DNA of 64,000 nt from Macrostomum lignano (Eukaryota). Of the stretch, positions 49,614 through 60,394 are shown in pieces. Below the pieces are notes generated by a model that saw only the letters and a program-made list of their open reading frames with translations, searched no databases and was not told the origin of the DNA. The stretch is taken from assembly GCA_002269645.1 (NCBI GenBank), contig NIVC01000983.1, forward strand, positions 124,001-188,000. Direction: 5' to 3'. Position numbers and translations under genes: made by a program. The first letter of the stretch is position 1. Each line of letters starts with the position of its first letter.

Positions 49614-49910
49614 CATACATGCGCAACAGTTGGCCAAGTTGGCCGATCTGGCCAACTGATTTGGTAGCCAACCAAGGTAAGTCGCAAAAATGCCCACCCA
49701 AATTAAAACCCAAGTAGTACTAAGTAGATGATGAGGCATTTTGCCTTAATAAGACAGTCATAGTTACTTATGCCATTTACCCAAAGTTGCATTAATTTTG
49801 CTTTAGGGTTTCTTTTATATATAAGTCATATTTTTGGCCAAAAACTACATCACATTTTTGTAAAAACTAAGTTGCATGACCGACCAAATTTTGGAGGTTG
49901 CGCATGTATG
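49614..49910 (-). mobile_element. hAT-type MITE copy D with 28S rRNA fragment
   Basis: Perfect 14-bp TIRs; TSD ACTAGGCC; 28S-like segment at 49719-49782 (minus strand). Confidence 0.92.
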
Positions 49911-50538
49911 ACTAGGCCTATTCTTTTTCTTATTTTTGTTATAATATATTATTATTATTTTGTCAAAGCCAAAGAAATATCAATATCAAGTATCAAGTAG
50001 CAATATCAAGTAGCAATCAAAAAGGCTATAGGGCCTAAAGCTATTTAGAGCCAATAAGGAAAGCATTTTTTATCTCTATCTAGTATAGACCAAATCTCTA
50101 AATAGTTTTTAAAATCTATCATTTTGTTTGAAATAAATTGCTTTGCTTATAGCCTAAGAAGTTCTTTGCTATTTGTCATTATATTTTAAACATGTCTATA
50201 CTATATTATATATAAGCTATATAAGTTATTCTATTTATATATAAGCTAGCTTTTATCTAGTTGATAATATGAATTATAACATTAAGTCACATTAAGTTGG
50301 TTCAATTAAAAGCCTTAAGAAGCTTAAGAAGCAGTTATAATGTAATTGATTTCTTAGGCAATTAGTACTAGTTTTACTCGTAATTAGTTAATATAGGCCT
50401 AACCATGGCAATAGGCCTAATCAAGTCTTTGACATAACTTTTATACAATCTAAATCAAGTCTAAGTTGCAATGGAGCCTTGTTCTATATTGCTACATGCC
50501 AAGAGAATCAATGATAAAGTCAGGGTTACAATTAGTCA

Positions 50539-50715
50539 TATACATATGCAACACCCTGCTAAGCTGGCTGATCTGGCTAGCTAGCAAATGGTCTAGCAAA
50601 GGAAAGTTGCAAAAATGCCTATTAAAAATATAAACATAGTTACTAATTAGATGACAAAGCATTTAGCCTTAATAATATAGTCAAAGTTCTCTTGCCATTT
50701 AGGCATTTTCCCAAA
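50539..50715 (-). mobile_element. hAT-type MITE copy E, degenerate and truncated
   Basis: TATACATATGCAAC (CpG-decayed TIR), GCTGATCTGGC and AAAGTTGCAAAAATGCC motifs, and a decayed 28S-like segment at ~50639-50700. Confidence 0.7.
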
Positions 50716-50914
50716 ATTTACCCAGCATCTTGACTTTTTCAAGCTGTTCTCTATATTTTTTAACTTATTTGTTTGAAGATTAAAAAAGTATTGTAATTTT
50801 GGAATTCTTAAGGTTTCAAGACTTCTATCTATTGTCAAATTTGAGTAATCAGTAAAAATGGAGTTAGCAGACTTTAGAAACTTTTTTAGGTCATATAGGC
50901 TTATAAATATAAAG

Positions 50915-51256
50915 CAGGGGATGGCAAACTATTTAGCTTAAGGGCCAGACAGAGAACAGAGAAGGAATATAGAAGAGAGAAGAGATATATGAGAAAGGAT
51001 AGGCGAGGGAATGAAGGTAAAGAGAGGAGTAGAGAAGAGAGAAAAGGAGAGATGAATAGAAGAGGAGAGATGAGAAGGGAGAAAATAGGTGAGAAGAGGA
51101 GAGGAAAGAGAAGAGAGATGAGATTAGAGAGAAAAGAGCTGAGAAGAGATGCAAACCCTGAGCAGGCCGGATTGCTACTGTGAAGTTTCAAAGGACCCGA
51201 GGGCCAGATAGAGAGGCTTCGCATGTGGCCTGTGGGTCAGAGTTTGCCGACCCCTG
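50915..51256 (+). mobile_element. Charlie-like hAT MITE with AG-rich interior
   Basis: TIRs CAGGGGATGGCAAACT / AGTTTGCCGACCCCTG; degenerate 8-bp TSD ATATAAAG/ATGTAAGG. Confidence 0.75.
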
Positions 51257-51422
51257 ATGTAAGGGGTAGGGTAGAGACGTTAGGGTATTTTATTTGATTT
51301 TGAACTTTTTTGACTGATGCCAGCTGCCATCCTGGTTTTTCAATTTGGCTTGTAAAAGAAGGTCAGTCTATTAGTATAAGCCAGAAGCAAGGCTGCAACC
51401 CGCAGATGCTACCATCGCAGCC

Positions 51423-54400
51423 ATGGCCAGCAGACAGTTGTCAGAGACCAAATTACGGCGCCGCTCAATGTCCACCTCATATCGCCTGCCCCCGTTGCCC
51501 TGGTTCGGCATGGACATTGGCGGCACCCTCACCAAACTTGTGTACTTCGAGCCTAGCCTAGACAATGCCGAGGAGGAGCGCGAGAAAGTGGCCCATATTC
51601 GCAAATACCTCACTAGCAATGTCGCCTACGGCACTACCGGCCTGCGAGACGTGTATCTGGAGATGCCTAACGTCAGTTTTCTTGGCCGGTCGGGCACTTT
51701 GCACTTTATCCGGTTTCCCACTTGCAGCATGAGCATCTTCATCGATATGGCAAAGGATAAAAATTTGAAAGACCTGGCGGACATGATCTGTGCTACTGGT
51801 TAGTAGATAAAAACACTGAGATTCTACATAAGAGCCCCAAGAATCTGCACGAAAAACCTGATGATCGCCAGCAACCTATGAGAATCTCGCAAAACCCTGA
51901 GAGTCTACCCACATATCCTGAGAACCCAGAAAATCTTGAGAGAACTCATACAAACTATGAGAACCCACACAAACCTAGAGAATCCCACAAAAACCCCGAG
52001 ACCCCAAACAAACCCCGAGAACCCACACAAACCCTGAGAACCCACACAAACTCCGAGAACCCACACAAACCCCGAGAACCCACACAAACCCTGAGAACCC
52101 ACACAAACCCTGAGAATCCCACACAAACTCCGAGAACCCACACAAACCATGAGAATCCCACACAAACCATGAGAATCCCACACAAACTCCGGGAACCCAC
52201 ACAAAATATGAGAACCCACACAAACTCCGGGAACCCACACAAAATCCGAGAACCCACAAACTCCGGGCACCCACACAAACCTTGAGAATCCCACACAAAC
52301 CCTGAGAACCCACACAAACCATGAGAGTCCCACACAAACTCCGAGAACCCACACAAACCCTGAGAACCCACACGAACCATGAGAATCCCACACAAACCCT
52401 GAAAACCCACACAAAACCTGAAAACCCACACGAACCATGAGAATCCCATACAAGCCTTGAGAATCCCACACAAACTCTGAGAACCCACACAAACCCTGAT
52501 GACCCACACGAACCATGAGAATCATACACTGCTACGAATCACTCTCATGACCGAGAGCATCTCCCTCTAAGCTTCTAGCACTCTCAAACACACAGGCGGC
52601 GGTGCCTACAAGTTCGAGTCGGACTTTCAAAGCCGATTAGGCATGTCGCTATTAAAGCTAGACGAACTAGAATGCCTATTGAATGGATTAATATTCCTGG
52701 CCGAGCGGCACCCGCTGGAGTGCTACTACCTGCCCGAGCCGGACCCCAGCAGATCTGACTGTGTGCGCCAGCCCTACAGCCTGACCCGCCAGTCGGACTG
52801 CTATCCATTCCTGGCTGTAAACATTGGCAGCGGCGTCTCCATCATTGCTGTGCGAGGCCCGCGCGATTGGAATCGGGTCAGCGGCACCAGCCTTGGCGGC
52901 GGCACCTTTCTGGGCCTCTGCTGTCTGCTGACTGGCTGCGAAACATTCGAAGATGCCATTGCACTGGCCGAACGGGGCGATAGTAACAAGGTAGGAGTGG
53001 GATAACCTAGCTGTGGGAATACCCGGCAGTGGGAATACCCCGCTGTGGGAATACTCAGCTGTGGGAATACCTAGCTGTGGGAATACCAAGCTGTGGGAAC
53101 TATACCCAGCTGTGCATGTGGGAATACTCAGCTGTGGGAATACCTAGCTGTGGGATACCCAGTTGTGAGAATACCCAGCTGTGGGAATACCCATCTGTGG
53201 GAATACTCAGCTGTGGGAATACCCAGCTGTGGGAATTATACCCAGCTGTGCATGTGGGAATACGCAGCTGTGCATGTGGGAATACCCAGCTGTGCATGTG
53301 GGAATACCCAGCTGTGCATGTGGGAATACCCAGCTGTGGGAATTCCAGGCTGTGAGAATATTTTATACAATAAGTAGTTTTTAACTTCGCACAGGTGGAC
53401 AAACTAGTCATGGACATCTACGGCGGGGACTACGAACTATTCGGCTTGCGCGGAGATCTCGTTGCCAGCAGTTTCGGTCACATGATGTCGGTGGATAAAC
53501 GCGCCGAAGCCAAGCCCGAGGATCTAGCCAGAGCGACTCTGGTTATGCTCACTAACAATATTGGATCCATTGCAAGGATGTGCGCCTCTACTCAGGTGTG
53601 CATATATTGCTTTGCTTCCTGTGTGGAAGGACTGGATTAGGACGCGGGACATAGACAAACTCTGAGGCAACACTGGGATAGGGAGGCACTGGGATTGGAG
53701 TGCACTGAAGGCACTGGAATAATAGGGCACTGAAGGCACTGGGATTGGAGTGCACTGAAGGCACTGGGATAATGGGGCACTGAAGGCACTAGAATAGTAG
53801 GGCACTGAAGGCACTGGGATTGGAGTGCACTGAAGGCACTGGGATAATGGGGCACTGAAGGCACTAGAATAATAGGGCACTGAAGGCACTGGGATAGGAG
53901 CGCACTGAAGGCACTGGGATAGAAATGTACTGGGATAGGAGGGTACTGAAGGCACTGGGATAGGAGGGCACTGAAGGCACTGGGATAGGAAGGCACTGAA
54001 GGCACTGGAATAGGAGGTACTGGGATAGGAGGGTGCTCCAGGCACTGGGATTGGAGGAGGGTAACTGAAGGAGCTGAAGGATAGAGCATGAAGGAGCTGA
54101 AGGATAGAGCATGAAGGAGCTGAAGGATAGAGCATGAAGGAGCTGAAGGATAGAGCATGAAGGAGCTGAAGGATAGAGCATGAAGGAGCTGAAGGATAGA
54201 GCATGAAGGAGCTGAAGGATAGAGCATGAAGGAGCTGAAGGATAGAGCATGAAGGAGCTGAAGGATAGAGCATGAAGGAGCTGAAGGATAGAGCATGAAG
54301 GAGCTGAAGGATAGAGCATGAAGGAGCTGAAGGATAGAGCATGAAGGAGCTGAAGGATAGAGCATGAAGGAGCTGAAGGATAGAACATGAAGGAGCTGAA

Positions 54401-55457
54401 GGATAGAGCATGAAGGAGCTGAAGGATAGAGCATGAAGGAGCTGAAGGATAGAGCATGAAGGAGCTGAAGGATAGAGCATGAAGGAGCTGAAGGATAGAG
54501 CATGAAGGAGCTGAAGGATAGAGCATGAAGGAGCTGAAGGATAGAGCATGAAGGAGCTGAAGGATAGAGCATGAAGGAGCTGAAGGATAGAGCATGAAGG
54601 AGCTGAAGGATAGAGCATGAAGGAGCTGAAGGATAGAGCATGAAGGAGCTGAAGGATAGAGCATGAAGGAGCTGAAGGATAGAGCATGAAGGAGCTGAAG
54701 GATAGAGCATGAAGGAGCTGAAGGATAGAGCATGAAGGAGCTGAAGGATAGAGCATGAAGGAGCTGAAGGATAGAGCATGAAGGAGCTGAAGGATAGAGC
54801 ATGAAGGAGCTGAAGGATAGAGCATGAAGGAGCTGAAGGATAGAGCATGAAGGAGCTGAAGGATAGAGCATGAAGGAGCTGAAGGATAGAGCATGAAGGA
54901 GCTGAAGGATAGAGCATGAAGGAGCTGAAGGATAGAGCATGAAGGAGCTGAAGGATAGAGCATGAAGGAGCTGAAGGATAGAGCATGAAGGAGCTGAAGG
55001 ATAGAGCATGAAGGAGCTGAAGGATAGAGCATGAAGGAGCTGAAGGATAGAGCATGACTACCGCCAAGTCTTATTGCCTCTTCGTCGCTGCTATTGCAGG
55101 GCATCGATCGGGTTATTTTCACTGGCAATTTTCTGCGCTGCAATGAACTGTCTGTTCGCCTGCTGGCACACGCTATGGACTATTGGTCGCGTGGCAGCAT
55201 TAAGGCGCTGTTTGTGCAACACGAGGTGAGAAAGAGGATAGTCTTATGCTCATAATATGGCTGTAGATAAAGTCCTTGGTAGTATAAGGCTTGCTTTGCG
55301 CATTGTTCTACTTTTTATATTGCAGGGCTACCTTGGCGCTCTGGGCTCCCTAATGGAGCTAGTTGATCCGGACAGCATCAACAATGCCTACTGTACATCC
55401 GAGTCTGCTCAAACCGCTTCTGATGACTCCCAGAAGATGAGCTCTCAGAATGAATGA
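51423..55457 (+). CDS. PANK: Type II (eukaryotic) pantothenate kinase; exons 51423-51798, 52596-52990, 53395-53595, 55100-55225, 55326-55457
   Basis: [99 protein letters not shown]. All junctions are GT-AG and phase-consistent. Confidence 0.96.
51880..52525. repeat. 19-20-bp minisatellite in PANK intron 1
   Basis: (GAGAACCCACACAAACCCT)n variants. Confidence 0.92.
53000..53355. repeat. 16-22-bp minisatellite in PANK intron 2
   Basis: (CAGCTGTG[CATGTG]GGAATACC)n. Confidence 0.92.
53660..55056. repeat. Two abutting minisatellites in PANK intron 3
   Basis: Degenerate GAAGGCACTGGGATAG..GCACT units (53660-54055), then ~43 near-perfect 23-bp units GAAGGAGCTGAAGGATAGAGCAT (54065-55056). Confidence 0.96.
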
Positions 55458-56269
55458 CCTCAATTAATCAATGCTATAGCAGATTATCTGTTCTCTCAAT
55501 TTGAGTTGAAGTTTTAGTTTTCAAATATTGATCTGTTTGTTGGATTGCTAACGCATTTTTTTTATTAAAAAGGTCTTTGTGTTTCTATTATTAACAATAT
55601 CGTTTGCTTTAAATGAGGCTTGTGTATACGATAGTTGGCCGGGGTGGGGTGCAACTCCTGTGTGAATCTGAAAACTTTTCAACTGCTTTCAAAGATGCAG
55701 AGATTGATATAAAAAGCATGATTTCCTGCGATTGTGCAACATTTTTAAATTGCTAATCTAACTACTCTTTAGCTAATTATTTTTGCGTTTTTTATAAAGT
55801 AAACTGCATTCCGTTAGCGAAATTGGCTCTGTCCTGCGAATATATTTTTTAATTTAAATAGTTTGTTATTGTGCTTTGAAATATCAAAATCCGCTGTTAG
55901 TTTTTATTAAATGAGTGTTGCTTTAAAAAATAGCAAGCTAGCTATAGTTTTAGTGTGCCAGTTATTTGCATTAGTTATGTGCACAATTTGGTATATAGGC
56001 TGCTTTGATAAGATTGATTGCAATTTGTTATCAGCTAGCTAGTTTTTATTCTGCGTCTTGTAGCTAATTTGCTGTGCGATTGTAAGACACGTTTTTATAA
56101 ATTATACGCTTAGTTGCTTGGTGTGACTGTACTCCATTACTATTCAATACTTTCATTCTCTTGTATAAAATAATTGATATCTGACTCACTATTTTTTACT
56201 GACAATGAATGACCTATTATGTATGTGGAAGTGTCTCGGAGTTACAAATACCTACTTTATTGCTTTTTT

Positions 56270-56705
56270 GCTCATTTCAACCTCAAGTGATCCTAGTCTG
56301 TCTATCAGTGACCTCAAATTACCCCAGATTATGCCTATCAACGGCCTCAAATGACCCCAGATTATGCCTATCAACGGCCTCAAATGACCCCAGATTACGC
56401 CTATCAACGGCCTCAAATGACCCCAGATTATGCCTATCAAAGACCTCAAATGACCCCATATTATGCCTATCAGTGACCTCAAATGACCCCAGATTATGCC
56501 TATCAACGGCCTCAAATGACCCCAGATTATGCCTATCAACGGCCTCAAATGACCCCAGATTATGCCTATCAACGGCCTCAAATGACCCCAGATTATGCCT
56601 ATCAGTGACCTCAAATGACCTCAGATTACGCCTATCAACGGCCTCAAATGACCCCAGATTATGCCTATCAGTGAACTCAAATGACCCCAGATTATGCCTA
56701 TCAGC
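56270..56705. repeat. 33-bp minisatellite
   Basis: (CTCAAATGACCCCAGATTATGCCTATCAACGGC)n. Confidence 0.93.
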
Positions 56706-57192
56706 AATCTTAAATAACCCAAGTCAATGTGTACGACCTTAACTGACCCAAACGATCTCAACCGACTCCAGTACACGTTAATACGCGGTCTCGCATGACT
56801 TCAGTCCGTGTCTATGCGCGCGACCTCAAGTGACCAGGGCCCTTTACCGATACGTGACCTCATGTGACCCTGGCCCCTTCCTTCCCTTGATTTCACATAA
56901 TCTAGCCCTTACCGGTTCACGACCTCGAGTAACCTTCACTCCCTCAGCCTTAACCTGTCCGCAAATACACCTGCTTTCCGGCCTTTACTTGTACCGGTAC
57001 ACTACATCACGTGACCTCCAGTTCCCACCTGTTCGCGACTTAGGGTGACCCTATCCTCGCTGTCTGCTATCACGGTTAGATTCAGACAGAAACTGCGTAC
57101 AGCACAATAAGATCTAGTGGTTTAGTGTATAATGATAACTGTAAGACATCTTGTCACCTAATCTGCCTGTCGAAATTTTGCATGCAATAATT

Positions 57193-60100
57193 ATGGACTG
57201 CGTGCCAATCATAGCGAACCAATCAGCTGGCGAGCTGGCTCACGAAGTCCAGCCTGAGTCAGATGGCAGCCTGTCATTGGTCAGTCTGGCTGCCGAATTC
57301 CCGGGCGCCCTGGGGCTGCAGTATCGCTGCCCGCAGACTGGCAGTCTACTCGCTGTGCCGCTAGTCGACGGGTCGCTGCGTCGGCCAAGCGAACTCGCGC
57401 GCTGGTCGGACGCCGTGTACTTTTGCACTTTTTCTCCGGTGGACGGGTGAGAAGTCGATTGAACTGTGTTTTCTTTAACTGCCTTTTAATAATTAAACTA
57501 ATTTTTGGCTTTATAACTTATGCTCGTACGAGCGTACTAACAGTAGTATAACATACAGTGGTACATATTGTGTACTTTTTGAAAATTGCAATTTCGTTGC
57601 CGCGATTTACTCTAACTGTCTCAAACTGATCTCAAACAGTCTCAAACTGATCTCAAACTGATCTCAAACAGTCTCAATCTGATCTCAAACTGATCTCAAA
57701 CAGTCTCAAACTGATCTCAAACTGATCTCAAACTGATCTCAATCAGTCTCAAACTGATCTCAAACTGATCTCAAACTGATCTCAATCAGTCTCAAACTGA
57801 TCTCAAACTGATCTCAAACAGTCTCAAACTGATCTCAAACTGATCTCAAACTGTCTCAAACTGATCTCAAACTGTCTCAAACTGATCTCAAACTGTCTCA
57901 AACTGATCTCAAACTGATCTCAAACAGTCTCAAACTGATCTCAAACTGATCTCAAACTGTCTCAAACTGATCTCAAACTGTCTCAAACTGATCTCAAACT
58001 GTCTCAAACTGATCTCAAACTGATCTCAAACAGTCTCAAACAGTCTCAAACTGATGTCAAACAGTCTCAAACTGATCTCAAACTGATCTCAAACAGTCTC
58101 AAACTCATCTCAAACTGATCTCAAACAGTCTCAATCTGATCTCAAACTGATCTCAATCAGTCTCAAACAGTCTCAAACTGATCTCAAACAGTCTCAAACA
58201 GTCTCAAACTGATCTCAAACTGATCTCAAACTGATCTCAATCAGTCTCAAACTGATCTCAAACAGTCTCAAACAGTCTCAAACTGATGTCAAACAGTCTC
58301 AAACTGATCTCAAACTGATCTCAAACAGTCTCAAACTCATCTCAAACTGATCTCAAACAGTCTCAATCTGATCTCAAACTGATCTCAATCAGTCTCAAAC
58401 AGTCTCAAACTGATCTCAAACAGTCTCAAACAGTCTCAAACTGATCTCAAACTGTCTCAAACTGATGTCAAACTGTCTCAAACTGATGTCAAACAGTCTC
58501 AAACTGATGTCAAACTGTCTCAAACTGATGTCAAACAGTCTCAAACTGTCTCATTGCACAGCGACCCGCGCCAGCCAAACGGCAACAGCAAGTCCGGGTC
58601 GCAGGCACCAATTAACGGTGACGAGAAGCAGCAGAGCGGCATCGCCGCCGACAGCAGCGGCAACGACAGCAATCACTGCCCGGAGACAGGCGAGCGCAAT
58701 GGCAATAGCAAGGACTGCGAAGATCTCATAGTGCTAGGCTTGCCCTACGACTGCCAAGAGCAGGATCTGCGAGCCTACTTTGACTCTGTCAGTGGCGTCA
58801 AGGACAGTCTGGCCATGGCGCAGATCAAGCGGGACTGGACTGGCACCAGCCGAGGCTTCGGCTTCGTGCGCTTCTCCGATATGGCCAGTCAGGAATCGGC
58901 TCTGGCTACTCGCTTTTATCAGGTCAGAATAATCTCAATAGTTTTTGCAGCCCGCCCTACTCACACAGCTCCCAGGGAAACCCGCCCTACTCACACAGCT
59001 CCCAGGGAAACCCGCCCTACTCACACAGCTCCCAGGGAAACCCGCCCTACTCACACAGCTCCCAGGGAAACCCGCCCTACTCACACAGCTCCCAGGGAAA
59101 CCCGCCCTACTCACACAGCTCCCAGGGAAACCCGCCCTACTCGCACAGCTTCCAGGGAAACCCGCCCTACTCGCACAGCTTCCAGGGAAACCCGCCCTAC
59201 TCGCACAACTTACAGGGAAACCCGCCCTACTCGCAGCTCACAGAGAAACCCGCCCTACTCACAACTTACCGGAAAACCCGCCCTACTCACACAGCTCCTA
59301 GGGAAACCCGCCCCTCATCTCACAGCTCAGACAGACCCGCCCCTCATCTCACAGCTCAGACAGACCCGCCCCTCATCTCACAGCTCAGACAGACCCGCCC
59401 CTCATCTCACAGCTCAGACAGACCCGCCCTTCAGCTCACAGCTCAGACAGACCCGCCCTTCAGCTCACAGCTCAGACAGACCCTCCCTTCAGCTCACAGC
59501 TCAGACAGACCCGCCACTCATCTCACAGCTCAGACAGACCCGCCACTCATCTCACAGCTCAGACAGACCCGCCCCTCCCTGTTCCCTCCAATCGCAGATC
59601 GGCAGGCGTTGCTGCGAGCTAAAGATCCCCTACAGTCGGCAGCAGCTGCCAGTAGCCGCGGACTCGCATGGTTCTGAGCAGCAGCAGCAGCAGCAGCAGC
59701 AGATGCTGTCCCGTCGAGTATTCATTGGCGGCATCACGGACAAGCTGTCGGAGCAAACCCTAACCGAATACTTCACCAAAGAGTTGGGCCTGGAAGTGTC
59801 CGAAGTGTTCGTGTCTCGCCGGCCAGATCGCTCATTCGCATTCGTCACGTTCGCCAGCGCCGAAATGGCTGCTCAACTGATTGGTCGCGGGTTCGTCATT
59901 GAAGGCGTGCCCGTGTTCGCTGCCACCGCTAAGCCTATTCAGCAGCATCAGCAGCCGCAGCAACAGCCTGCGATCTACCAGCAACCAACCCTACTGCCAC
60001 AGACTACTGTTAGTAACTACGGAGCAAATATTTGTCCCTATTATGCCTTGGAGCAGCCGCAGCCTGGCACAGTGCTTATGCAGCAGCAGTATCAGCCCGT

Positions 60101-60194
60101 CCGCTTTGCTCAGCACCAGTTAATCAATCCGATCTATCAGGCGAATCCTTATCAGCTACCTGTTTATCACCTGCCTCAGCAGCATTGGCAGTAG
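57193..60194 (+). CDS. TARDBP: TDP-43-like RNA-binding protein (NTD + 2 RRM + Q/P/Y-rich tail); exons 57193-57446, 58562-58922, 59598-60194
   Basis: NTD EVQPESDGSLSLVSLAAEFPGALGLQYRCPQTG..VDGSL..W resembles TDP-43 [30 protein letters not shown]. RRM1 DLIVLGLP / RGFGFVRF / IGRRCCELKIP. RRM2 RVFIGGI / RSFAFVTF. Junctions are GT-AG and phase-consistent. May be a divergent paralogue rather than the orthologue. Confidence 0.85.
57615..58552. repeat. 10/11-bp minisatellite in TDP-43-like intron 1
   Basis: Mosaic of TCTCAAACTGA and TCTCAAACAG units running up to the acceptor. Confidence 0.95.
58950..59575. repeat. 30-bp minisatellite grading into a related variant in TDP-43-like intron 2
   Basis: (CCCGCCCTACTCACACAGCTCCCAGGGAAA)n then (CAGACCCGCCCCTCATCTCACAGCTCAGA)n. 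Confidence 0.92.
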
Positions 60195-60394
60195 TGCAAA
60201 ACCATGTGTTGCACTTTTATTAGCTAATATTTACCTATTACTTTGACTTGACCTTGACGCAATTTGTTTTCCTTAATAGCTTGTTAGCAACTGAGGTCCT
60301 GAAATTTGGCATTCCGATGACATTTTTTTCATTGACAAATTTGTAGATAATTTACCAAAGCTGCTTAATAACACCCTCTCTTAGCATAGACCCA

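Noticed and set aside
44491-50700. Functional rRNA gene
   Set aside because: Only ~65-bp fragments inside MITEs; the helix 69 stem changes in copy B are not compensatory.
56760-57100. Cluster of TGACCT/GTGACC motifs and a CACGTG upstream of the TDP-43-like gene
   Set aside because: The same hexamers are in the adjacent 33-bp repeat, so they are probably decayed repeat rather than nuclear-receptor sites.
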